Source: an uncultured Candidatus Rokubacteria bacterium
GTDB taxonomy: Bacteria > Methylomirabilota > Methylomirabilia > Rokubacteriales > DASRDR01
Direction of reading: 5' to 3'
NCBI GenBank assembly: GCA_963708025.1
Contig: CAVPSB010000018.1
Location: 256,001-320,000, forward strand
Length of the DNA stretch: 64,000 nt
Shown here: positions 31,426 through 41,103 of the stretch, piece by piece
Layout of the letters: the number at the start of each line of letters is the position of its first letter
Numbering within the stretch: the stretch's first letter is position 1
Notes under the pieces: model-generated
Seen by the model: only the letters and a program-made list of their open reading frames with translations
Told to the model about the DNA's origin: nothing
Databases searched by the model: none
Program-made: the position numbers and the translations under genes

Positions 31426-31551
31426 GGTCCCGGGCCGCGGCCCGAGCCCCGCTAGGACGCAGGGAGTCGCCGACCGCAGGCGTACTCCGAGTACGCCGAG
31501 GATCGGCGACGACCGAGGACGCCGCGGGGCGACGGGCCCCGGCCCGGGACC
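31426..31551. mobile_element. MITE-like element: family-1 core within 19-bp inverted repeats
   Basis: GGTCCCGGGCCGCGGCCCG ... CGGGCCCCGGCCCGGGACC (18/19 match). Core 31451-31521 is nearly identical to part of the 13852-14027 copy. Confidence 0.55.
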
Positions 31552-31553
31552 GC

Positions 31554-34500
31554 TCACTCGATCTCGGCCAGGCGCGCATAGTCCTCGCGCACCGGGTCTG
31601 CCCGCTTCCGCTCCACCCACGCCACGCGCTCGCGGAGCGGGCCGCACGCCATCTGGTAGTCGCACCACCGGCAGGTCTCGGGCGATGGGTTCTGGAAGAA
31701 GCGGCCGGCCGCGATGCCGTCCAGCACGGTGGCGAGCACCCGGTCGAAGTCGCCCCGCCGGGCCTCCCAGTGGGCGGCGGTGAAGGCGAGCCGCCGCCGC
31801 TCCCCGCGCCGGGTCAGGTAGTAGTACTGCGCCTCCTCGACGCGGGCGTCGAGCCCGCGCGCCCGGCAGAGGGCCTCGGCCGCCAGCCTGTAGACGGGGA
31901 GCTGGAGCGCGGTGCCGGCGGCGAGCTTCCCCCCGGCGCCGCCGCGGCTCTTGCCGCTCTTGTAGTCGATCACGCGGGCCCGCGTGCCTTCCGCCGTGAC
32001 GTCGAGGCGGTCGAGGCGGCCGCGGAAGTCGAGGCGCCGCCCGTCGGGCAGCGCGTGGGCGACGGGCGGCGCCGCCTCGCCGCCGAAGGGGAGCTCGAAC
32101 TCGGTCGGCACCCAGCCGGCGACCTCCCGGGCCTCCGCCTGGATGGCGGCCGTGAGATCCGTGAGGAGGCGCGCGCGCTCGCCCGCCCAGAACGGCGCCA
32201 GCCCGGTCGGCCCGACCGAGGCTTCCACCTCGTCGAACGCCTCCTCCAGGAGGGCGCGGGCGGCGGGGATCCGCTCGGGCGCGAGCGGGAGCAGGCCGTT
32301 GTCCCGGAACGCCGCGTAGGCGCGGGCGAGGATGCCGTGGAGGAGCAGGCCCCGGTCGGCGGCCGCCATCGTCAGCACGCGCTCGGGCTCGACCGGCGGC
32401 GCCAGGCGAAGGACGTGCGCCTGGTAGTAGCGGAACGGGCAGGCGGCGTACTGCTCGAGCGGGGTCGCCGCGACCGGCGTGGCGGCCGCGCGGTGATGCG
32501 CCGCCAGCACCGGCACCAGCTCGGGGGCGAGCAGGCCGTCCCACTCGCCGACGCGGTCGCCGTGCTCGCGGGCCTCCAGCGCGACGCGGGCCCGGGCGGC
32601 GCGCGGCAGGAGGGCCAGGCACGCCGCCCGCCCGGCGGCGCCGCCGTCGCGGGCGCTCGTCGCCTGGGCCAGGAGCCACTCGCGGCGGTCGAGCGGCGCC
32701 GCCCGCGCGGCCGGCGGTGCCGGGACGAGCGGGATGCGGTCGTGAGGCGGGAAGACCTCGAGACCGGAGAAGTCGCACGGCCGGCCGGTGGCGGCCTCGG
32801 CCACCCGCAGCAGGAAGAACGAGGGGACCCGCGCTCGCCCCGAGGGCGTGTCGACGCGCGGGTAGGTGAGGAGGAGCCGCGCCTCCGCCGCCGCCGCGGC
32901 CAGCCGGAAGGCCAGCCGCTCCTCGGCCGGGCGCCGGACCGCCAGCGCGAGCCCGGGCCGGCCCCCCGGGCGCTGCGCGTGGAGGAGCGCCCGCTCCTCG
33001 TCGAGGAGGATCGGATCCGGGCGGGGCGGGACCGGGAAGCCCTGCTCGACGAGCCCGGGGATGACGACGAGCTGGAACGGGAGCCCGAGGGCCTGGTGCA
33101 GCTCGCCCACGAAGACCTTGCCGTGACGCGGCTCGGGGCCGGGCTCGGCCGGCGCGACGAGGGCCGCCTCGAGCAGCCCCGCGAACTCGTCGAGGCCGAG
33201 CGGCGTGGCGAGCGGGGCGAGGGCGTCGAAGCTCGACAGGAGACCGGCCACCTGCTCCGCTTCCGCATCGCGCCGGCAGAGCCGGAGGAAGGCGCGCAGG
33301 AGCCCGCGGGCCAGCGTGGCGGCTGGCGCCACGTCCGGTAGCCGGCCGGCCGACGCGAGGAGCCGGCCGATCACGCGACCCAGCGCCAGGATGGCGGCGA
33401 GCTCCGGCGGGCGGGGCGCCGCCCCCTCGCCGTTGGCCTCGCCGGCGTGGCCCGGGGACGCGGGGCCGCGCCGCGCGCGCCACGCGAGCCGATCGAGGCC
33501 CCGCCGCCAGTCGGCGCGCCCCGCGACGACGCCGCCCTCCCGGGAGAGCCGGTCCCACGCGGCCGGCTCCACGCCCGCGGCGTCGCGCAGGCTCGCCATC
33601 GCGAGCCACTCCACCACCGCGGTGCGGGCGAAGTCCTCCTGGCGCGCGGCGAGCAGCAGGCGGAGGCTCCGGCCGGCGCGGGTCTCGCCGAGGCTCGGGG
33701 CGACGCCCCAGGTGTAGGGGATGCCGGCCGCGCCGAAGACGTCGCGGATCGCGCTCCGGTACCCGTCGGGTCGCCGCACGAGGACACCCATCGCCTCGAA
33801 CGGGACGCCGTCGGCCGCCGCCGCCAGCAGGCGGCGCGCGATCTCGCGCACCTCGCGCTCCTCGCCCGGTGCCGCGACGATCGCCAGCCCCTCGGTTCCC
33901 GCGCCCGGCGCCGCGCTCTCCCGGAAGAGTCCGGCGGCGAGCGCGCGCGGCCCGCGACGCGAGGGGGCAGGGCTCCGCTCGATCGTGTAGCCTTCCGCCG
34001 CGAGCCAGTCCAGCAGCTCGTCCAGGGGCTCGAACGGCGGGCCCGGCTCCGCCGGCACCAGGGGGACCACCGGCAGGCGGGCCCCCAGCGCGGCGAGGAG
34101 CGCGCGCTCGGCGGCGTTCCACTCGATGAACCCGTAGACCACCAGCCCGGCCGGGCCGCCGGGCGGCGCCGTCGCGCGCACGCGCGCGGCGGCCGCCCAC
34201 AGCGTGTCGGTCGGGTGGGCGAATCCGGCCGCGGCCAGGGTCCCGTCCGTGTGGCGCACGATGCGCGCCAGCTCGCGGAGCTTGGCGGCGCTCGACGGCC
34301 GGCCCGCGACCCCGGCGGCCTGCTCCAGCTCGGCCGGGCCGACGCCGGCGGTCCGCAGCTCGGCACAGGTGGCGGCGAGCGCCGCCGGGAAGCGCCGGGC
34401 GTCCCTCACCGCCGCGAAGTAGCCGTCGGGGGGGACGGCCTCGCGGAGCGCCTGGCGGATCACCAGGACGTCGCCGGCCTGGGGCAGCGGGCGGGCCGTG

Positions 34501-34844
34501 GCGAGCCCCTCGAGCAGCCGCTCGGCCAGCTCGGTGAAGGTGAGCACGTGCGCGTTCACGACGCCGCCCTGCCGCGCGGCGAGCCGCGTCAGGTGGAGAC
34601 CCAGGAACCGCGACGGGACCAGGAGCCACACGGCGCCGAGCGGATCGGCGGCGCGGAAGCGGGCGAGGGCATCGAGCCACCCGGCCTCCAGGCTCGGCTG
34701 GAAGGGTCCGGCCCAGGCGCGACGGTCGGGCGGGCCGGCAGGGATCAGCGGGAGCTGGGCGGCGGCGGGTGGCGGGCGCCGGCGGCGCGTGGTCAGGACG
34801 CTCCCTGCGCGGCCCGGATCAGGGCGGGGAGCTCCTTCAGCCAC
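31554..34844 (-). CDS. addB: AddB-like PD-(D/E)XK nuclease
   Basis: CPFRYY, GRLDRLD, IDYKSG, QLPVY, CRWCDYQMAC (Fe-S staple). Start is uncertain. Confidence 0.88.
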   Translation of the reverse strand: MAEGAPRPDPGRAGSVLTTRRRRPPPAAAQLPLIPAGPPDRRAWAGPFQPSLEAGWLDALARFRAADPLGAVWLLVPSRFLGLHLTRLAARQGGVVNAHVLTFTELAERLLEGLATARPLPQAGDVLVIRQALREAVPPDGYFAAVRDARRFPAALAATCAELRTAGVGPAELEQAAGVAGRPSSAAKLRELARIVRHTDGTLAAAGFAHPTDTLWAAAARVRATAPPGGPAGLVVYGFIEWNAAERALLAALGARLPVVPLVPAEPGPPFEPLDELLDWLAAEGYTIERSPAPSRRGPRALAAGLFRESAAPGAGTEGLAIVAAPGEEREVREIARRLLAAAADGVPFEAMGVLVRRPDGYRSAIRDVFGAAGIPYTWGVAPSLGETRAGRSLRLLLAARQEDFARTAVVEWLAMASLRDAAGVEPAAWDRLSREGGVVAGRADWRRGLDRLAWRARRGPASPGHAGEANGEGAAPRPPELAAILALGRVIGRLLASAGRLPDVAPAATLARGLLRAFLRLCRRDAEAEQVAGLLSSFDALAPLATPLGLDEFAGLLEAALVAPAEPGPEPRHGKVFVGELHQALGLPFQLVVIPGLVEQGFPVPPRPDPILLDEERALLHAQRPGGRPGLALAVRRPAEERLAFRLAAAAAEARLLLTYPRVDTPSGRARVPSFFLLRVAEAATGRPCDFSGLEVFPPHDRIPLVPAPPAARAAPLDRREWLLAQATSARDGGAAGRAACLALLPRAARARVALEAREHGDRVGEWDGLLAPELVPVLAAHHRAAATPVAATPLEQYAACPFRYYQAHVLRLAPPVEPERVLTMAAADRGLLLHGILARAYAAFRDNGLLPLAPERIPAARALLEEAFDEVEASVGPTGLAPFWAGERARLLTDLTAAIQAEAREVAGWVPTEFELPFGGEAAPPVAHALPDGRRLDFRGRLDRLDVTAEGTRARVIDYKSGKSRGGAGGKLAAGTALQLPVYRLAAEALCRARGLDARVEEAQYYYLTRRGERRRLAFTAAHWEARRGDFDRVLATVLDGIAAGRFFQNPSPETCRWCDYQMACGPLRERVAWVERKRADPVREDYARLAEIE

Positions 34845-35020
34845 TCGGCGAGCGGCGCCTCGGCGTCCACCACGATCTCCAGCTTGCCGCTCGGCAGTCG
34901 CCGGACCCGGCCGGGGCGGCCCGGTCCCAGCGGGATCACCAGCGCCTCCCGCGAGATGCCGAGCGCATCGGTGACATCGAAGATCTGCTGGATCTCTTTG
35001 AGAGTGACAGCCTGCATCAC
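34793..35020 (-). CDS. Small hypothetical protein
   Basis: GGGAG RBS; protein-like 75-aa ORF. Confidence 0.6.
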   Translation of the reverse strand: MMQAVTLKEIQQIFDVTDALGISREALVIPLGPGRPGRVRRLPSGKLEIVVDAEAPLAEWLKELPALIRAAQGAS

Positions 35021-35131
35021 ACGCTCCCGCTCATGTAAGCACCTCGCCCGCGGGCGGTCAACGGTCGCGCGCTCGGCACGGGGCGCCCGGCCAGAGGCGG
35101 ATGGGCCGACGCCCCCCGGACTGCCTCCGTG

Positions 35132-36696
35132 CTACACGGGCTGGTACGGTGGCAGCTCGCTGACGTGCCGGGCGCACATCTGGCAGCTCGAGATCCCGCG
35201 CGCGGCGGCGGCCGGATCCAGCACCGTCTGGGCCCAGGTCCGGAACCGGCGGTAGTTCTCGAACACCGTGGGCCCGTCCGTGGCGAGGTCGCCCAGCCGG
35301 TAGTGGGGGCCCCCGTTCTCGATGGCGAACGGGCAGGCGTGGAACTCGCCGGTGGAGCGCAGCACGGGGAAGCACAGCAAGCAGCCGTTGTTCCCGTGGT
35401 AGTTGGTCTCCCGGTCGCGGTCGAAGGCCGCCTCGGCGCCGGCCCCGATGTGGTAGAGCACCTTGTAGCCCGAGAAGAGCCGCATCGGGTGGGTCCGGGC
35501 CCACTCCTCGAGCAGCGCCTTCGCGCGCCGGCGGGAGGGGCTCGGCGTCCCGCCCCATGTAGATCGAGTAGTTGAGCACCGCCTCGCTCCGAGGGTCGCT
35601 GTCGAGCACGCGGAGCAGCTCCTTGGCCCGCACGCCGTTGGAGTAGATCGTGAACGGCCCGGTGAAGCCGCGCTCGCGCAGGTACTTCATCGCGCCGATG
35701 AGCCCATCCGTGTGCAGCGTCGGCTCGCCGCCGTAGAACTTGATGTTGCCGTCCGGCGCGATGTGGGTCAGCGCGGCGTCGAGCACGCCGGTCGTGTAGT
35801 CGACGTGCCACCCCTTCGGCGAGCCGAACACGGTGCACCAGGAGCAGTCGCGGTTGCAGAAGTTGCCGTCGTAGAGGTACAGCTCGCGGAGGCCACCGTC
35901 CCCTTCGAGGAAGGTCTCCACGCTCTCGTGGAACGTGATCGGCCGGAGCTTCGGGTCCCGGTTCGAGTCGTTGAGCCCCCAGTCGTAGGTGTTGTACACG
36001 ACCTGCGTAGTCCGCGATCGTCTCCAGCGGGAGGCCGGTGTGCTGGGCGACGAAGCGGAGCACCCCCCGGCGGTATTCCGCAGTGGAGTCGGCGCCCTCG
36101 GCGAAGTCCTCGGCGTACATCCGGAAGATCCGCGACACGTAGATCTTGCGCTCCGGGTGGTCGACCCGGCAGTTCCACTCGCTGGCCAGGAACTGCCGGG
36201 TCGCGGCGCCGAGGGTTTCCCGGATGCCGTCCGGCGCGTAGGCCTGGGGGCGCATCGGCGGGCAGCCGTTGGAGGCGCAGTTGATCACGAAGTGGATCCG
36301 CGGCTCCCGGAAGCGGTCCCGGAGGATCCGATGCTCGATCTCGTTCAGGCTGACCCCGACGCCTCCGGCGACGTGGCGAGCCCGCTCGAAGAACTGGCCG
36401 TCCCGGGTCTTCCACACCGAGCGGATCGGGTACTCCTCGATCACGGCGGCGAGCACGAAGGCGTTGTACGCGTTGACCCAGTACGCCAGCGCGTGCTCGG
36501 TCGTCGGGAACGGCTCCGGCGTACTGTCGGGGCTGGCGGCCGCCAGGGTCCCGACGAACCGGTCGAGGAGCTCGCGACGCTCGGCGAGGATCGTGTAGTT
36601 GACCTTGCCGTCCGGCGTCACGATGGCCGCCAGGAGCTCGGTCCAGGGCGCGTAGTCGAAGAGCGCGGTCGTGGCGGCCACGGTGTCTCCGCTCAT
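35132..36696 (-). CDS. DUF547 - radical SAM fusion protein (frameshifts near 36005 and 35520)
   Basis: AYWVNAYNA, EPRIHFVINCASNGCP, YDWGLND, then CNRDCSWC, YGGEPT and a Cys-rich C-terminus. Confidence 0.8.
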
Positions 36697-36718
36697 GCGT
36701 CTCCCCTCCAGTCGGACG

Positions 36719-37303
36719 TCATGTTAGCACCCCATCGGCTCGGAGCCGGGCGATCGCCTCCGGCGAATAGCCCAGCTCGGCGAGGATCTCGTCGGTGTGC
36801 TGGCCGAGACCCGGCGCGGGCGTGTGGCGCGTCGTCGGCGCGCCGGGCAGGCGCCACGGCGGCCCGGCCTGGCGCTGCTCGCCGAGGCCCGGGTGGTCGA
36901 TCGCCACGATGAAGTCACGCGCGGCCAGGTGGGGATCGCGCGTCAGCTCGAGGGCCGTCCGCACCGGATAGGCCTCGACGCCCAGCGCCTGAAGGCGCCG
37001 CGCGATCTCGTCGCCCGCCTGTCCGGCCGTCCAGCCGGCGAGGGCGGCGTCGATCTCGGCGCGCCGGGCCTGGCGGGCCGCCGTGTCCATCGGCCCCAGC
37101 CCGATCAGCGGGGCGAGCCGGGCCCACGCCGCGTCGTCGCGCACGGCGATCGCCACCCACCGATCCGCTCCCGCGCACGGGTAGACGCCATGCGGCACGA
37201 ACCACGGATGGCCGTTCCCCAGGCGGCCGGATGGCTGCTTGGTCAGCGTCCACCGGGCGACCGCGATTCCGGTCAGCGCGGCTGCCGCCTGCTGCTGAGG
37301 CAG
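36719..37303 (-). pseudogene. C-terminal fragment of a CaiB/BaiF family III CoA transferase
   Basis: GNGHPWFVPHGVYPC, DPHLAAR, APGLGQHTDEIL. In-frame TAG at about 37304 and no N-terminal half. Confidence 0.7.
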
Positions 37304-37353
37304 CTACGGTGTTGAAGATGACGGCACGGCGGTCGCTGGCCGCGTCGTGGACA

Positions 37354-39114
37354 TCAGCCTTCCGCGGCACGCTCCGAACACGTGGACGCCGCGAGCGTGA
37401 TCGTTCCCGGGGGCCCGGTCCACGCGATCGCGTGTCGTCCGGCCTCCAGCTCGACCACCCCCGGCCGGGCCGGCGTCTCGTCGATCGTCACCCGGAGGCC
37501 ATCGGTGAGCGTGAGCCGGTAGGACGCCGTCGCCACGAGCTCGACGCTCACCCGGCCACCCGAAGGCGCCCCCGGGACGGGAATCGTGGCGCCCGGCACC
37601 ATGATGCCGTCGGGATGCGGGACGTAGTGACGGTTGACGAACGCGGCGACCTTGAGAATGGCCTGGAGCCGCCGGTCGGGGTACGCCACCCGCGGGCGCG
37701 CCCGGCGGATCTCCTCGACCAGCCGCTCCTCGGCGATGACACCGGTCGCGATCCACTCCCGGATCCCGAGAATGAAGACCCGGTGCCGGTACGCGGACGG
37801 ACGAAAGACATAGAGGGCCGTCCCGTCCAGGACCGGCTCCCCGGGGCAGGCGTGGCGGAGCAGCGCTCGCATGGTCAGGAGCTGGCCCCCGTTGTCGCCG
37901 GTCAGAGCGAGCTTCGCGCTGTAGGCGGCCGGCCCGACCAGCCCGACGACGAGCGCCGCCCCGGCAACCACGCGGAGCCGCGTGGTCCCGGCCGCCGCCC
38001 GATCGAGGAGCGTGGCGAGTGCGAGACCGGCGTACGTCGCTGCCGGCGCGAGCACCGGGAGCCAGGCGTACACGCCGACGCCCGGGGTCGTGGGTAACAG
38101 GAGGAAGAGGCTGACCACACCCATGGGGACGAGAAGTGGGGCGTTCAGGGGGCGCGCCCGGACGCGGCCCTCACCCCGGACCGCCAGGACGATCCCCGCC
38201 GTCGCGAGCACGAGCAGGCCCAGCGACGCGCCGCTCAGCGGCAGCTCCTTCCGGAAGTTGACGAACCGCAGGTTCCCGACCACGACCTCGGCGCCGAGCG
38301 CTCCGAGCGCCGGCCATCCGCCATCGAGCCACACTGCGCCAACGACGGCCCCCGGCAGGACGGCGGACCCCGCCACCAGGCGGGCCAGGTTGGCTGCCGC
38401 CCGGCGGATCGCGCCGGCACCGTGCCCGCGGCTTCCCAGGGCCACCACGGCCGCGACGCCGACCGCGCCGTAGGCGGTCTTGAGATTGAGCGCGAGCGCC
38501 CCGCCCAGGGTCAGGCCGGCGATCCACAGCCACGCCGGCGCCGGGCCCTCCCGCCAGCGAACCAGAGCGAGGAGCGTCCCGAGCCACGCCACCAGGGCGG
38601 GGACATCGGGGCGAACCTCGGTGGTCTGGTTGACGAACCGGGGCAGGAAGGCGAGCAGGAGGACGGCGGTGACCGCGACCGCCGGGGACAGCCGGCGCGC
38701 CAGCCGGTAGACGACCACGAGAGCGAGCCCGCTGGTCACCGCCATCACGGCGCGGGCGGCGAAGTAGACGTTCGGCGAGTCCACGAGCCAGCGGGTCAGC
38801 GGCGCGAGGAGGTAGAAGAACAGGGGGGCGTGATGATCCCAGAAGTCGAGATACGGGACGCGTCCGTCCGCGACCAGCCACGCCGCATGGAGATGCTCGC
38901 TCTCGTCCGGATCCAGGGGGGCGTTCAGCACGACGCCGACCCGGATCACGACCGCGAGGCCGAGGAGCGCGGCGAGCAGCGCTGGCGAGAAGCCGAGCCC
39001 GGCCCTGGCGGCCGCTTCGACCGGAGCCGCCTGGCGGGCGGTCCCCGGACCCCGGTGCTCGGTGGGCGGCGGGAGGAGGCTCACCGGATGCGATCCATCG
39101 AACGAGCAGAGCAC
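37354..39114 (-). CDS. GT-C fold (ArnT/PMT-like) membrane glycosyltransferase
   Basis: DPDESEHLHAAW...PYLDFWDHHAPL, many TMs, EVRPD. Start is uncertain. Confidence 0.78.
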   Translation of the reverse strand: MLCSFDGSHPVSLLPPPTEHRGPGTARQAAPVEAAARAGLGFSPALLAALLGLAVVIRVGVVLNAPLDPDESEHLHAAWLVADGRVPYLDFWDHHAPLFFYLLAPLTRWLVDSPNVYFAARAVMAVTSGLALVVVYRLARRLSPAVAVTAVLLLAFLPRFVNQTTEVRPDVPALVAWLGTLLALVRWREGPAPAWLWIAGLTLGGALALNLKTAYGAVGVAAVVALGSRGHGAGAIRRAAANLARLVAGSAVLPGAVVGAVWLDGGWPALGALGAEVVVGNLRFVNFRKELPLSGASLGLLVLATAGIVLAVRGEGRVRARPLNAPLLVPMGVVSLFLLLPTTPGVGVYAWLPVLAPAATYAGLALATLLDRAAAGTTRLRVVAGAALVVGLVGPAAYSAKLALTGDNGGQLLTMRALLRHACPGEPVLDGTALYVFRPSAYRHRVFILGIREWIATGVIAEERLVEEIRRARPRVAYPDRRLQAILKVAAFVNRHYVPHPDGIMVPGATIPVPGAPSGGRVSVELVATASYRLTLTDGLRVTIDETPARPGVVELEAGRHAIAWTGPPGTITLAASTCSERAAEG

Positions 39115-39210
39115 CGGGACGCTCGCGGCGTCAAGGCCGGAGGGGGAAGGGCCGAGGTCTCGACCCGGCGCGTGCCGGATCCACGTCCGCGGGTGCCGGA
39201 GGGCTCGGCG

Positions 39211-39412
39211 TTACCCCCAATCCGAAGAAATGCGACGATCCCGAACCCCTCTTACCCTCTCCCCTAGAGGGGGAGAGGGCAGGGTGAGGGGGAAACACAT
39301 CGGCCCCACCCTCACCCCAACCCTCTCTCCCTCCCGAGGGAGGGGGATGGAGCGGATAGGAAGCCACGATCGTCACGTCTGCGTGGCATCGGGAATTTCG
39401 GATTGGGGTTAG
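39211..39412. mobile_element. MITE-like element with TIRs enclosing a pair of REP-type palindromes
   Basis: CCCCAATCCGAA (39215-39226) and TTCGGATTGGGG (39397-39408) flank CCCTCTCCCC..GGGGAGAGGG and CCCTCACCCCAACCCTCTC motifs. Confidence 0.6.
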
Positions 39413-39439
39413 TTTAGCGGCGGACGAGCGGGTTCGCGG

Positions 39440-40363
39440 TCATGACGACACCTCCTGCGCTCCTGCCGCCGCCCGATAGAGGTCCGCGCACTGCCGGCAG
39501 ATGCCGTCGGCGGGCCGCCACCTCGGAAAGCGGCGCTGGATCCGCTCCTGCGCCGCCCCGGGAAACCGCGCGGGCTCCGGCTCGAAGGCGTGCGTCGGCA
39601 GCCCGCAGAGCGGGCAGGGCTCGCCGGGCCAGGGGCCGCCACGGCCCAGCCCCAGGGCCTGGGCGGGCGCGGCGGCGAACCAGATCAGGTCGGCGTGGGT
39701 GAGGGCCGTCGCGCCGAAGAAGCGCTCGAAGGCCTCTTCGGTCCGCTCCCCCAGCATCGGGAACGTCGCCGCGAACTCCCGGAGGCGCTCGGCCCGGATG
39801 CCGGCCGGCGCCCAGCCCAGGCGCTCGAGCCGCCCGTCGATGCGCGCGTCCCACAGCACCCGGTACCGCTCGCGCAGCAGGGGATCGGGAAGCGCGCCCG
39901 CTTGGGGCCCGGCGCCCGGCGTGTAGCCGAAGCGGGGGTCGAGCATGTCGGCCAGGTGGCCCAGCTCGTGGCGGAGGAATGCGCGGAAGCGCTCGGGCTG
40001 CGTGAAGGTCTCGGGCCGGACCCGGAGGACGATGGTCCGTCGGGGGGCCGCGCTCGGCCCCGTCGCCTCAGCCACGAACAGCTCCATGCCCTCGTCCCGC
40101 CCCGACGGCGACAGCGCCACCAGGCAGCGACTCCCGCTCGCCGGGAGCGACGGCTGCTCGCGCACGGCCTCCATGATGGCCGCGTCCAGCCCGAGCCGCT
40201 CGAACCAGGTGGCGTGGAAGGCGCGGAACCGCGTCTCCCGCTCCTCGGCGTCCGAGATCGGGTAGAGGGCGTCGCGGCCGGCGTGGAAGCCCGGCTCCTC
40301 GGGCCGCTCCCGGACTGCCGCCAGCACCGCCGCCTCGACGAGCCGGGGCTCGTACTCGATCAT
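39440..40363 (-). CDS. Hypothetical protein with HExxH and C-terminal CxxC...CxxC, in the nxr operon
   Basis: RHELGHLADMLDPRFGY; CPLC...CRQC. Confidence 0.7.
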   Translation of the reverse strand: MIEYEPRLVEAAVLAAVRERPEEPGFHAGRDALYPISDAEERETRFRAFHATWFERLGLDAAIMEAVREQPSLPASGSRCLVALSPSGRDEGMELFVAEATGPSAAPRRTIVLRVRPETFTQPERFRAFLRHELGHLADMLDPRFGYTPGAGPQAGALPDPLLRERYRVLWDARIDGRLERLGWAPAGIRAERLREFAATFPMLGERTEEAFERFFGATALTHADLIWFAAAPAQALGLGRGGPWPGEPCPLCGLPTHAFEPEPARFPGAAQERIQRRFPRWRPADGICRQCADLYRAAAGAQEVSS

Positions 40364-40386
40364 CAACTCGCGCGCGCGCTCGGCCC

Positions 40387-41103
40387 TCACGCGCTCTCGC
40401 ACGCCGCCGGCACGGCGGGGCACGCCGTCGAGCGCAGGTGGAGAAACTCGGGTCCTGCCGGGACGCCCACCCGGGCGCAGTCGCGGCCGACGAACTCGGC
40501 GCAGAGCGTGCCCAGGCCGCCGAAGAACCCGCCGGCGTCGCGTCGGGCGAGGGCGCGCCCGAAGGCAGGGGCCCACTGGCCCAGATGGTCCCGGAGGAAC
40601 CTCCGCGCGGCCTGCTCGGTGGAGGCGAGCATCGCCGGGTCGCCGTGGTCCCGCGCGTAGGCCTCCTTCCGCGCCAGGAACGCCAGGAACTCGCACTCAC
40701 AGCTCACGTGGTCCGGGCGCTCGCGGGCGTCGGGGCGGAGCCGGAGGCCGAAGGCGCGGTAGAAGGCGACGAGGTCGCTCATCTCGTGCACCGGCTGGAA
40801 CAGCGAGTCCGTCCCGTACTCGGTCTCGTACGGCGGGACGGCGCCCCGGGCGGTGTGGCCGAACAGGCACTGGTGGCTCGCGGCCAGGGCGCCGAGCGCG
40901 ACCGGCCGCGCCAGCTCGCGGACGAGAGCGGCCAGCGCCGGGTCCCTGCCGTCGTCGAGGGCGAGGGCGGCGTCGGCGAGCGCCGCCGCGCCGCCGGGCG
41001 AGGCCAGCCGGTCGAGGGTCTCGGCGTCCGGCGGCTGGAAGCCGAGGGCCAGCGCCTCGTAGAGGGCGCTCCGGCAGAGGATCCGGTCAGATCGAGTTGG
41101 CAT
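40387..41103 (-). CDS. TorD/DmsD family molybdoenzyme chaperone
   Basis: PPYETEY, ERPDHVSCECEFL, FLRDHLGQW. Confidence 0.88.
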   Translation of the reverse strand: MPTRSDRILCRSALYEALALGFQPPDAETLDRLASPGGAAALADAALALDDGRDPALAALVRELARPVALGALAASHQCLFGHTARGAVPPYETEYGTDSLFQPVHEMSDLVAFYRAFGLRLRPDARERPDHVSCECEFLAFLARKEAYARDHGDPAMLASTEQAARRFLRDHLGQWAPAFGRALARRDAGGFFGGLGTLCAEFVGRDCARVGVPAGPEFLHLRSTACPAVPAACESA

